A DNA stretch of 64,000 nt from Sedimentisphaerales bacterium (GTDB taxonomy: Bacteria > Planctomycetota > Phycisphaerae > Sedimentisphaerales > SM23-30): positions 1-64,000 of the forward strand of contig CAXXMR010000012.1 of the NCBI GenBank assembly GCA_963663805.2. The letters run 5' to 3'. The first letter of the stretch is position 1. Every line of letters starts with the position of its first letter. This document shows positions 29,854 through 40,209 of this stretch, piece by piece. The notes below the pieces were generated by a model. The model ran no database searches. It had not been told where the DNA came from and was given only the letters and a program-made list of their open reading frames with translations. Made by a program: the position numbers and the translations under genes.

Positions 29854-31633
29854 TCAGCTATCATCATCAACCACTACCACCCCCAGAAATGTTGCCACCT
29901 TTTCCGCTTGTTCAAGCACAATTGATTTGCTTGCCCTCCAGTTCAAATTATGCCGCTCATCAATTCTGTCGCGAACTATTATATTCAATTCCCATACCCG
30001 TTTTTCACTCTCAGAATTACCAGATCTAACCATACCAATTACTGAACAAATTTGTAATGCCGCAATATCATCGGTATTGCATAATACATGGTTAAATTTT
30101 GCACCTGCATGACTTTTATACCCTACAATTCCGCTTGCTCGGTCAATCACCAGACAGCGTTTTAGCCAATACTCTCTCAACCACCAGATACCGAATCCGA
30201 TCAATACCCCTCCCACAGGCCAGCTGAGCAATCCTAATTTCCAGTCTATCACACCTGATTTTTCGCTAGACCAGAAAGGCCCCGATGCCAAAAATATGCC
30301 CATCCCCAAACCAAGTACAGCGAGAATATTATTTTTTGCCTTTTTAATCCATACGATAGAATCGTTATTCCATTCTTTTTGTTTACGAATAGTTGTTGGT
30401 TCATGTTCTTTTAATAGTGAAGTCGTTGAATATAAAACCTCCGTCCCGTCTTCCAAAGTAAGTATTTCGCCTGCCTCATCCTCCGCTTCCTGACCCAGAA
30501 ATTCCCGAATCAACTCAAACGCAGGCCGCAGTTTGTCTTTGTAAACACTCGCTCCCAGAATTAACTCCGATTCCCCCCGCACCAGCCCCAAAACCGTTTG
30601 CCCAACCCGTGCCGAATATTTTTTTTCTTCTGTCGTGCATCGAAAAAGACGCACCGAAAGATCTTCCTTTTCAAGCCTCACAACCTTGAGAAATGGCCAA
30701 TAGCCTTTATTTAGCTCCACTGAGCCAGAATCGTTATACAAAATCACAGAAATTGTTCTGGATATACCTATAAGGAAGAAAATAAGAGAACATAAGCCAA
30801 AAATAGTTATCATCACGCGGGTAATTATTCCGCTTTTGTCACCTTCTATGCCAATTATACCTATGTATAAAAAGATTCCACCAAACATCAGAGATATTAA
30901 GCCGGCGATTAGAGCCGGAATCGAAAAAGGTTTCAGTACGATCTTGTTTGTTTTTTTCTTTATCCTGACTTTCCCCACATATACTGAAGCCCTGCCCAGA
31001 AATGGCTCACGATTAATCGTCTTTTGAGACCATTCACTCCAGGTATCACTCGGTCGTGAGTTTGCTATGGCTTCCTGAATATTCTCCTCATCTTCTACTG
31101 TAAGATAATGACTCATCACCCCGCACAATTTAACTGCCGATTCCCTTTTCGCCAGAGCACATAAAACCAGTTTTTCCTCGCCGCCTTTTTCTGCCAGCGT
31201 AAATAACCAACTGCCATATCGCACTCTGGCCCGCAGTTCCTCTCCCTTATATCGCTGAACCTTCAGCACCAGATTTTCCACGCCTAGCCGCAGTTCACGT
31301 GTTTTCCTCAACTTTTGACACCATATATATATTTCCCCGCCTTCCCGGTTAATCGAAATTTTCCCCCTGCGCAGCACCTGAAGGATAGTAATATAAAGAA
31401 GCACTAAACTAAAAACCGCACCCATACCACCTTTGACCAGCATTTCCCGATATTTCCCCTCAGGCATTTCTGGAGAACGAAGAACAAAAAATAGCAGAGG
31501 GCCCATAAAAACCAGAACGTTAAAAAACAATTCGCCCCCAGCGCCCGAATCCTCCCCGCACCGTCACCCCTTCGATTCCCTGTTCGACCCTAACCGAACT
31601 TACCGGAATCACAATCCCGAACATCTCCGCCAT
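29854..31633 (-). CDS. Hypothetical membrane protein with three (2 TM + soluble domain) units; frameshift near 31525
   Basis: 558-aa ORF plus upstream MAEMFGIVIPVSS segment in another frame; lower GC. Confidence 0.65.
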
Positions 31634-31702
31634 CCCCCTTAAATCCATCACTTCAGCCACCCATTTACTCCTTGTCTCTTAACTTGGCGGATTAGATTTT
31701 TT

Positions 31703-33293
31703 GTAACATTTTAGCCAAGTGAAGCAAATTCTATAGCTTTTGGGTTGGCTTGTGCAAAAAAAAGACAAAAAAACTTCAAAATGTTAAGATGGGTAATTTG
31801 CGCTATTGCGTGTAATGGTTTATAGTTTCAGCATGATGAAGCCGAATGCTGAACGGGCTATCGCCGACCTGGCCTTAGAGCAGGAATTGACTGCGGAGCA
31901 GGCTGAGCTTATTTACGAGCAAGGCAGAGAGGCGGTGGTTTTTGTTTTGCTGAGACTGTCGAAACTGGCAGCGGAAAAAACACAAGGTACGTTAGTTGCC
32001 GGCAGTCCGGCTGATCCTTCGTGTCCCTCAGGTCAGAAGCCGGTTTTTGTCAAGCCGAACAAAACAGATAAAAAACGCGGCAAAAAGTTTGGCCGTAAAA
32101 AAGGGCATCAAGGTACTCGCCGCAATCTGCCGACCCAAATAGACCGTACCGAAGAACATCGCGCTTCATGTTGTCCGGACTGCGGCGGCGAACTGAAAAA
32201 ATGTTCCGGCACACGTGAACGAATCATCGAAGACATCCCGGAAGATGTTCGCGTTGAGACGGTAAAGCATGTTATTCATCGCGACTGGTGTCCGAACTGT
32301 CGCAAGGCGGTTGAGCCGATCGTAACCGATGCTCTGCCAAAATCATCTATTGGCAATGGTATTGTGGTTTTGTGTGCCTGGCTCCACTTTGCGTTGGGCA
32401 ATACGATAGCGCAGATCCTGGAGGTGTTTAATTTTCATCTCCGGTTTAAGATGTCGCCGGGCGGATTAGTCCAGATGTGGCATCGTTTAGCGGATATACT
32501 CCTGGCCTGGTACGAAGAAATAATCGAGGACATTCAAAAAGCCGGTGTCCTGCACGGCGATGAGACCGGCTGGCGGGTAAACGGTAAAACGCATTGGTTA
32601 TGGTGCTTTACCAGCCATCAAGCCACGATTTTTACGGTCGAGCAGTCGCGGGCCGGGCCGGTGGTTTTGGAATTTATCAAAGAATGTTTCAACGGCGTGT
32701 TCGTAAGTGACTTCTGGTATGCTTACAATGTATTGTCATGCGCCAAACAAAAGTGCCTGGTTCACTTACTGCGTGATTTGGAGCGAGTCTGGAAAGCCAA
32801 AGACCACAGCGGCGATTGGCCGAGGTTCTCCAAAAAACTCAAACGATTAATTCGCGACGCGATACGCCTGCGTAAACGCATCGATGAACTGGATGCGACG
32901 GTTTACCAGCGGCGCTGCCAACGAATCGAAAAAACGCTTGGATCTTATTATCGCGCATGAGTGGTCGAACAAGGAAGCTCAGCGGTTGATTAAGCGTTTG
33001 AAACGCCATCATGATGAGCTGTTCACTTTTCTGAGCAATCGCGAGGTGCCGTTCGATAATAATTTTGGCGAACGCAGCATTCGCGGCGCGGTGATCATGC
33101 GAAAGAACAGCTATAACAACCGCAGCGACCGTGGAGCCCGAACGCAATCGGTGCTGATGAGCGTGTTTTTTACCCTGAAACAACGCGGCCTAAACCCGGT
33201 TGCTACCATCAAAAAAGCCCTGCGAACATACATCAAAACCGGCAAATTGCCAAAACTCGCGGAGTTCTCTGCTTCACTTGGCTAAAGTGTTAC
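31703..33293 (+). mobile_element. Complete IS66-family element (single-ORF, ISBst12-like)
   Basis: 24-bp terminal inverted repeats GTAACA(T/C)TTTAGCCAAGTGAAGCA (23/24 match); 8-bp target duplication GATTTTTT at 31695-31702 and 33294-33301. Confidence 0.96.
31833..33285 (+). CDS. IS66 transposase (frameshift in an A run near 32930)
   Basis: CPDC/CPNC zinc finger, HGDETGW, VSDFW, QKCLVHLLR, FDNNFGERSIR. Confidence 0.93.
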
Positions 33294-33379
33294 GATTTTT
33301 TACAATTCGCATCTCCGCCTTATCCCTGAAAATAAACCCTCGTTAATCTAAACTTTACCCTCAGCACATTCAACCCAAA

Positions 33380-33690
33380 TCCCTAAAAAAACCGAGCTGC
33401 GTAAGCAGCCGGATCAAACACCAAAACCTTTATTTACGTAAAAACACCGTACGGCAGCTTCTTACCAGGCAAGGCCCTGGTTTTCGCGGCTGATGACATC
33501 ATCGACTATTTGGGCAACACGCCCGTAAGCCCCCAGTCCAAAGCAAAAATAAAACAACCCCTGCCGAAGGCAGGCACCGAGCCGTTCACTCTTGCCTCCT
33601 GCCTGCCGTTAAATAAAAACCCTCGGCCAAAGGCCGAAACCATGCCGTTCACTCCTGCCTCATCCCTCATGCCTCATGCCTTCTTCTACC
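33380..33690. repeat. Cluster of REP-like elements between the two IS
   Basis: GAGCTGCGTAAGCAGCCGGATC at 33394; hairpin-GCCGTT copies at 33560 and 33623; heptamers. Confidence 0.85.
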
Positions 33691-33743
33691 TTCCTAAAAA
33701 TCTAAAAAACGCCCAAAAAATCAAAAAAAACGCTCGAAAAAAA

Positions 33744-35192
33744 CAATCCTGTTCGGCACATTTATTGCTCAAATACAGTTTTTCTGTGGTCTTTGCAGTT
33801 CATATGATTTAGCGGGGATTACCCCTCAGTGGGACTGTCGGCACTGGTTATTTTGGCGCAGCATCAGCGGCAGCGGCGATTTTTTTGAGGATCGGCCTTA
33901 GTTTTGGCTTTGGAGTTTATTGATATGGTTCTGCATTTCTTGCTCGTCGGCCATGCCGCAGAGGTGCCAGCAGAGCATTTCGTAGGTTCTTAAAGTTGGT
34001 TTTTTGCCCGTCCACAGGCTGATCAGCATACAGGCGATAATCGCGGCGTACATCTGTAGTTCGATACCGTTTTCGCAGAGGCTTAGCAGATGTCGGCAGC
34101 CCAGCACATGCTTAAAAAAGCGGAAAAATATTTCGATGGCCCAGCGTTTCTGATAGAGCAGGGCAATGACTTCGGCGTCCAGGTCCAGCCGGTCGGTGGC
34201 AATCAAAATCATCTCACTCTGACGTGGTCCCTGGCCCCGTTTCAAATGCGGTTGACATTCAACCGCTATCAGGCGTAACGGTTGTTTGAAATCTTCCCGC
34301 AGTTTTTCACTGCTGCCGGCGATTACCGTACGATCAAAAATTATCCCCGCTTTTCGAGCATCTTCAGTTAAAGGTTTTTCCTGAATAGTTTCGTAAACCG
34401 TATCCTCACGCAGCCGACAGACAAAAGAGCTTTTACTATCCACAATGGCCTGAAACAGCTTAAAACAGGCATATCCGCGATCATTGACATAAATCCGGCC
34501 GGGCTGAAGATTCTCTAAAAAAACCTTTCGCTCATCAGACTTGTCTTCACTGATATTTATTTTCAGAGGCACATATTTTTCCAGATCAAACTGAGTGTGT
34601 GCTTTAATTCCGGGTTTGTCGGTGTCCCAGGCAGCCTGAGTGAGTTTTTGCAAAGCCTGAATACTGCTGCCGTCCACCAGGGTAATGACCTGACCGACTT
34701 CCAGTTTTTTGTCCTGAGATATCGGCCCTAACTGCTCAGTGAGTTGAGCGATTATCGGCTCTAACAAAGAACTCTCAAAAACCCGGGATGCTTCCGAAAG
34801 CGAACCCAGCGAAGCACGCGAACAACCCAACAGCCGCTGTACCTTTTTGAGCTCGCCGGCCTGCTGCAAAGACCGGATGGAACTGCAGATCGGATTGAAC
34901 ATGTATAACAGCAGCAGACTGACATACTGGTCCATGAATAATGTGCGATTGCCGGCCCGGTCCCGCTCACATCCCGCCGAGTGAAGACCTTTCAGCAGAG
35001 CCGAGAGGGACTTGAAATACTTGAACCCACGCAGGTCCCGCTCCTTGATTTTTTTACGCTTAGCACTCATGCCTCCTATTAGAGCATAAATATCCCTCGA
35101 GCGCAAATTACCTATCTTAACATTTCGGGTTTTTTTTTAAAAAAATACAGGAGGCCAAAAGCCTAAAGCAATAAATGTGCCGAACAGGATTG
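33744..35192 (-). mobile_element. Complete IS4-family element
   Basis: Perfect 26-bp terminal inverted repeats CAATCCTGTTCGGCACATTTATTGCT; both flanks contain TCGAAAA (imperfect duplication). Confidence 0.94.
33898..35070 (-). CDS. IS4-family DDE transposase
   Basis: LVDGS, NDRGY, YQKRWAIEIFFR (YREK motif). Confidence 0.95.
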   Translation of the reverse strand: MSAKRKKIKERDLRGFKYFKSLSALLKGLHSAGCERDRAGNRTLFMDQYVSLLLLYMFNPICSSIRSLQQAGELKKVQRLLGCSRASLGSLSEASRVFESSLLEPIIAQLTEQLGPISQDKKLEVGQVITLVDGSSIQALQKLTQAAWDTDKPGIKAHTQFDLEKYVPLKINISEDKSDERKVFLENLQPGRIYVNDRGYACFKLFQAIVDSKSSFVCRLREDTVYETIQEKPLTEDARKAGIIFDRTVIAGSSEKLREDFKQPLRLIAVECQPHLKRGQGPRQSEMILIATDRLDLDAEVIALLYQKRWAIEIFFRFFKHVLGCRHLLSLCENGIELQMYAAIIACMLISLWTGKKPTLRTYEMLCWHLCGMADEQEMQNHINKLQSQN

Positions 35193-35330
35193 TCGAAAAC
35201 ATTAAAAAAACGTCAAAAACCGGTCACTCCAGCCCCATTCGCGCTGGCTTTTGGCGCGATTTAGCACTGCCTGCTCACCGCGTTCCCGCCTCATAAAATA
35301 AGCACTTACACTTCGTCATTTGGTATTGGC

Positions 35331-35359
35331 TTGACAAAACGAGCCGGTTTACCTATAAA
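35331..35359 (+). promoter_or_regulatory. Sigma70 promoter of cimA
   Basis: TTGACA-N17-TATAAA. Confidence 0.75.
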
Positions 35360-35381
35360 CCCCTGAAGGAAAAGAAAAAAC

Positions 35382-35432
35382 ATGCTCAGAAGCATTAACA
35401 TCGCTATTATTATCGCTATAGCAACCGGCTAA
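35382..35432 (+). CDS. Ile-rich attenuator leader peptide MLRSINIAIIIAIATG
   Basis: 16 codons, 6 of them Ile; AAGGA upstream; lies between the promoter and a terminator. Confidence 0.88.
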   Translation: MLRSINIAIIIAIATG

Positions 35433-35460
35433 TCCCGGCTGGCGATTGATGTGCGTCAAT

Positions 35461-35492
35461 AAGCCTCGGGGTTAGACTCCGGGGCTTTTTTT
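35461..35492 (+). terminator. Attenuator terminator
   Basis: AAGCCTCGG...CCGGGGCTT stem followed by a T run, 40 bp before cimA. Confidence 0.88.
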
Positions 35493-35532
35493 ATGGCTTG
35501 ACGGCCGCTAACTTTTTTGGGAAACGATAGTT

Positions 35533-37146
35533 ATGAATGCAAAAGCAAACACCTCCCCTTTGGCAGAGAACCGGGTTGAGATATACGATACTACTTTGCG
35601 GGACGGCACTCAGGCTGAGGGTGTGGCGTTCTCTCTGGAAGACAAACTACAAATTACTAGCAAGTTGGACGAGCTGGGAATTGACTATGTCGAGGGCGGA
35701 TATCCGCTGAGCAATGCCAAGGATGAAGCCTTCTTCAAGGAAGTTCGCAAGCTCAAACTTTCGCACGCCCAGATCGCTGCCTTCGGAATGACTCGTAAAA
35801 AGGGTGTTGCCCCTGAGGATGACACGTGTTTGCAGGCTTTGGCGGCTTCGCAGGCACCGGTAATTACCTTGGTGGCAAAGGGTTGGGACAAACAGGTCAA
35901 GAATGTGCTGCACGCTTCGCTGGAAGAGAATCTGCGTATGGTGGCCGATTCGGTGAAGTATTTGAAGCGGAAACGGCGGGAAGTCTTTCTGGACGCGGAG
36001 CATTTCTTTGACGGTTATTTGGCCAACTCTGAATATTCCATGAAGGTTCTCTCTGCCGCCGCCGAGGCCGGAGCGACCCGGCTGATTCTTTGCGATACCA
36101 ACGGCGGCTGCATGGTGCCGCAGGTCGAGTCGATCGTCCAGGAGGTCTGCCAGGCGTTCCCAGGGCTGATAGTGGGCATTCACACCCATAATGACACCGG
36201 CCTGGCGGTAGCCAACAGTCTGGCGGCGGTATGGGCCGGAGGGCGGCATGTGCAGGGCACCATGAACGGTATCGGGGAACGCTGCGGTAATGCCGATTTG
36301 TGTGCGATAGTGCCAAATCTAGCTCTGAAAATAGGTTACGATTGCCTGCAAAGCGATAGCCTCAAGAAAATGACCGAGGTTTCGCGGTATGTATATGAGT
36401 TGGCGAACCTGAATCTGCCGCTGAATCAGCCATATGTCGGGCAGTCCAGCTTTGCCCATAAAGGCGGGATGCACGTTCATGCGGTCAGCAAGGACAGCAG
36501 CAGTTATGAGCATATCAATCCTGAGCTGGTCGGCAACAGCCGGCGGGTGATTATCAGTGAGCTTTCGGGGGCATCGAACCTTCTGGCCAAGAGCGAAAAA
36601 CTGGCCATGAACCAGGATAAAGCCCTGGTGCGTAAGGTATTAAATGAGGTTCAGGATTTGGAGAACCAGGGCTATCAGTTTGAGACTGCCGAGGGGAGTT
36701 TCGATTTGATAGTTCGTCGCTTTATGGGTCATTATCATAAGTTCTTTGATTTAGACTATTACCGGGTGGTGATTTTCAAAACCTTGAACGGTCGGCCTAT
36801 TAGTGAGGCGATTGTTAAGCTCAAGGTGAATGGCCAACCTGAGCATCATGTGGCCGAGGGCGATGGTCCTGTCAATGCTCTGGATACAGCCTTGCGCAAG
36901 GCTTTACAGCACCATTATCCCGCTATCAACAACATGGCATTGGTTGATTACCGGGTGAGGGTGGTCAATTCCAAGGCCCATACCGCCGCGAAAGTACGCG
37001 TAGTAATAGAATCAAACGACCAGCGGCACCATTGGGGCACAATCGGCGTTTCGGACAACATTATCGACGCATCCTGGCTGGCGCTGGTTGACAGTATCGA
37101 ATACAAACTGTTAGCCGAGGAAGAAGCCAGCGACAAGAAAAAGTAA
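35533..37146 (+). CDS. cimA: Citramalate synthase
   Basis: YDTTLRDGTQAEG, DAEHFFDG, LCDTNGG, FAHKGGMH, SELSG; Ile-rich leader. Confidence 0.92.
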   Translation: MNAKANTSPLAENRVEIYDTTLRDGTQAEGVAFSLEDKLQITSKLDELGIDYVEGGYPLSNAKDEAFFKEVRKLKLSHAQIAAFGMTRKKGVAPEDDTCLQALAASQAPVITLVAKGWDKQVKNVLHASLEENLRMVADSVKYLKRKRREVFLDAEHFFDGYLANSEYSMKVLSAAAEAGATRLILCDTNGGCMVPQVESIVQEVCQAFPGLIVGIHTHNDTGLAVANSLAAVWAGGRHVQGTMNGIGERCGNADLCAIVPNLALKIGYDCLQSDSLKKMTEVSRYVYELANLNLPLNQPYVGQSSFAHKGGMHVHAVSKDSSSYEHINPELVGNSRRVIISELSGASNLLAKSEKLAMNQDKALVRKVLNEVQDLENQGYQFETAEGSFDLIVRRFMGHYHKFFDLDYYRVVIFKTLNGRPISEAIVKLKVNGQPEHHVAEGDGPVNALDTALRKALQHHYPAINNMALVDYRVRVVNSKAHTAAKVRVVIESNDQRHHWGTIGVSDNIIDASWLALVDSIEYKLLAEEEASDKKK

Positions 37147-37537
37147 TGTCAGTTTGCCGGGCGGGGGTAATGGTCCTATAATTAAGCTACAAGTTTGATA
37201 AAACGGACTTTTCGGAGAAAAAACGCATGCTTTTCTGGCTCGCGAAATTACCTTTTGGGACAGTTTTGTGAGCAGGCATAATAAGTCTTTTTCAGCTCAG
37301 GATAAGGTTTTTCTGGGTTTTCAGGCCTTTTCGGGCTGTTTTGATATTGATAATAATACCGATAACTCCATTTATGCGGGTTGGTGCGTCTATGTCCGGC
37401 AAAACTGGTTTGCCGGACAGGTTAAGACGGGCGGGCCTGGAGCCGAAGAGAGTATCGGTTGTATATGTAGAGATGAAAATTACCGGCCGTATCTGAGTTT
37501 GTCAGAATCAGCGGCCCCAGAGGAAAGGCAGGGTCTT

Positions 37538-40147
37538 ATGAAGACCATCCGAACTTTTGTGGTAGAACCATCGCTTCCTGAGAAGCTCAAACCCTTGAAG
37601 CGAATCGCTTATAACGTGTGGTGGAGCTGGGATCATGATGCCACGGAACTTTTCCGGCGGCTGGACCGGGATTTGTGGGAAGAAACCGGTCATAATCCGG
37701 TAAAAATGCTCGGTAAAATATCGCAGGAACGCCTGAACACCACAGCCCTGGACGACGCATATCTAGCGCACCTGGACCGCATCTGCCGCCGTATGGACGC
37801 TTATATTGAAGGCAGCCGGTGGTTTGACAAGGTTGAAGACCCCAATGGTCGAGGCAGGGTGGCTTATTTCAGTCTGGAATTTGGTTTGCATGAGTGTCTG
37901 CCGATTTATTCGGGCGGTCTGGGCATCCTGGCTGGCGACCATCTGAAGAGCGCGAGTGATTTGGGCATACCTTTGGTTGCTGTGGGTCTGCTGTACCGTC
38001 AGGGTTATTTCCAACAGTATCTGAACGCCGACGGCTGGCAGCAGGAGCAGTATCCTGATAATGATTTTTACAATATGCCGGTCACGCTGATGCTGCGCGA
38101 TGATGGTCGGCCAATTCGGTTCCATATTGATTTGGCTGGCCAGGAAGTTGTGGTTCAGATATGGCAGGTTAATGTTGGTCGTATTACTTTGTATCTTCTG
38201 GACACGAATCTTCGTTGCAACCGTATTGAGGACCGTCAGGTTACCGCTCAGCTTTATGGCGGCGATAACGAAATGCGTATTCGTCAGGAGATTATTCTGG
38301 GCATCGGCGGCCTGCGGGCTTTGGAAGCTCTGGATATTAAACCAACGGTATGCCACATGAACGAAGGTCACGCGGCGTTTCTGTCTCTGGAACGTATCCG
38401 CAAGGTTATGGAAGAGAAACAGGTTTCGCTGCCGGAAGCTCGTGAAGCTACGGTTTGCGGCAATGTTTTTACGACTCATACTCCGGTTCCGGCAGGCCAT
38501 GATGTATTCCCGCCGACGATGATGGAGAAATATTTTGGTCATTATTACAAGTCTTTGGGTCTTTCGTGGCAGGATTTCCTGGCGTTTGGTCGCAATGACG
38601 CTTCGGATATGCAGGAATCGTTCAGTATGACGAATCTGGCCTTGCGGCTTTCGACGCATCGTAATGGTGTAAGTCAGTTGCATGGTGAGGTTTCTCGTCA
38701 TCTGTGTTCGACGGTATGGCGTGATGTGCCGGTAGACGAAGTACCGATTACTTCGATTACCAACGGCGTGCATGTAATGAGCTGGATATCGAATGAGATG
38801 TGCGAGCTGTTCGACCGTTATCTGGGTCCGCAGTGGCGTACTCATCCGACAACTCCTGACTTGTTCAATCGGGTTGATAATATTCCTGATGAGGAATTAT
38901 GGCGTACGCATGAGCGTCGTCGGGAAAGACTGGTTTCTTATTCGCGGAAACGTTTGCGTTGGCAGTTGGAACGTCGAGGCGCTAGTCCGGCTGATATTAA
39001 GATGTCCGAGGAAGTGCTCGACCCTGAAGTTTTGACGATAGGTTTTGCGCGTCGGTTCGCGACTTATAAACGCGGTGCTTTGATGTTCCGTGATATAGAA
39101 CGGTTCGCCAGGATAATCGCTGATGAGGACAGGCCGGTACAGGTGATATTCGCTGGTAAGGCCCATCCGCATGATACAGGCGGTAAAGAGCTGATTCGCA
39201 AGATTGTGCATTTTGTGCGTGAAGATGTTTTCCGGAGGAGAGTAGTATTTCTGGAAAATTACGATATTGATGTCGCACGTAATCTGGTACAGGGCGTGGA
39301 TGTATGGCTTAATACGCCGCGTCGCGGTATGGAAGCATCGGGCACCAGCGGTATGAAGGTTCTGGGCAACGGTGGTCTGAATTGCAGTATTCTGGACGGT
39401 TGGTGGTGCGAAGGTTTCGCTCCGGATACCGGCTGGGCGATTGGTCACGGCGAAAGCTATGACGACGGCAATTACGCGGACGAAGTTGAATCAAACGCGA
39501 TTTATGATTTGCTGGAAAAAGATGTAGTTCCGCTGTTCTATGACAGAGGCTATGACCGTCTGCCGCGTTCGTGGATTCGGATGATGAAGAGCTCGATCAA
39601 AAAACTTACGCCGCGGTTTTCGACCAGTCGGATGGTGGCTGAATATGGCCAGGGTTTCTATGTGACCAGCGATAAGCGTCATCAGTTGTTCAATCGCGAC
39701 GAGATGAGCCGTGCCAAAGGTTTGGCGGGCTGGAAAGAAAGCATTCGCGACCGTTGGGGCGAGGTTTCGGTCGGTAAGGTTGATATAGTCAATCCGAGTG
39801 AATTACTTGTCGGTGGCAAATTGCAGGTTCGCTGCCGGGTAGCGCTGGGCAGTATCGACCCGGCTGACGTGGCGGTAGAGCTTTATCATGGTCCTTTGGG
39901 ATCGGACGGCCAGATCGAAATGGGTGAAGCGGTGATGATGGACTGGGTAGGTTCTGCCAAGGACGAAGCCCACGTTTTCTCCGGTTTCATACCTTGCCGC
40001 TATAGCGGTCAGTGCGGTTTTGCCGTGCGGGTCGTGCCTTCTCATCCTGATTTGGTTGACAAGCATGATACCAGTTTGATTCGCTGGGATGAAGAGACCG
40101 CCCAGGTGATGGCGGCTGTTAAAGAAAGTGATGATTTGATTCTTTAA
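37538..40147 (+). CDS. glgP: Alpha-glucan (glycogen) phosphorylase
   Basis: YSGGLGILAGD, HMNEGH, GFARRFATYKR, EASGTSGMK. Confidence 0.96.
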   Translation: MKTIRTFVVEPSLPEKLKPLKRIAYNVWWSWDHDATELFRRLDRDLWEETGHNPVKMLGKISQERLNTTALDDAYLAHLDRICRRMDAYIEGSRWFDKVEDPNGRGRVAYFSLEFGLHECLPIYSGGLGILAGDHLKSASDLGIPLVAVGLLYRQGYFQQYLNADGWQQEQYPDNDFYNMPVTLMLRDDGRPIRFHIDLAGQEVVVQIWQVNVGRITLYLLDTNLRCNRIEDRQVTAQLYGGDNEMRIRQEIILGIGGLRALEALDIKPTVCHMNEGHAAFLSLERIRKVMEEKQVSLPEAREATVCGNVFTTHTPVPAGHDVFPPTMMEKYFGHYYKSLGLSWQDFLAFGRNDASDMQESFSMTNLALRLSTHRNGVSQLHGEVSRHLCSTVWRDVPVDEVPITSITNGVHVMSWISNEMCELFDRYLGPQWRTHPTTPDLFNRVDNIPDEELWRTHERRRERLVSYSRKRLRWQLERRGASPADIKMSEEVLDPEVLTIGFARRFATYKRGALMFRDIERFARIIADEDRPVQVIFAGKAHPHDTGGKELIRKIVHFVREDVFRRRVVFLENYDIDVARNLVQGVDVWLNTPRRGMEASGTSGMKVLGNGGLNCSILDGWWCEGFAPDTGWAIGHGESYDDGNYADEVESNAIYDLLEKDVVPLFYDRGYDRLPRSWIRMMKSSIKKLTPRFSTSRMVAEYGQGFYVTSDKRHQLFNRDEMSRAKGLAGWKESIRDRWGEVSVGKVDIVNPSELLVGGKLQVRCRVALGSIDPADVAVELYHGPLGSDGQIEMGEAVMMDWVGSAKDEAHVFSGFIPCRYSGQCGFAVRVVPSHPDLVDKHDTSLIRWDEETAQVMAAVKESDDLIL

Positions 40148-40171
40148 TACAAAGTGAGAGAATTGAGATAG

Positions 40172-40208
40172 AATCCCGGAGCCAGGGGGTGGTTCCGGGA
40201 TTTTTTTT
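40172..40208 (+). terminator. Rho-independent terminator after glgP
   Basis: AATCCCGGAGCCA/TGGTTCCGGGATT stem plus T run. Confidence 0.88.
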
Positions 40209-40209
40209 G

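Noticed and set aside
32884..32960. Programmed frameshift in the IS66 transposase
   Set aside because: The break lies within the catalytic region at an A run, like other indels in the window; error or mutation is more likely
37268..37537. 90-aa N-terminal extension of GlgP
   Set aside because: Recognisable protein begins at MKTIRTF (37538); the upstream part looks non-coding and structured
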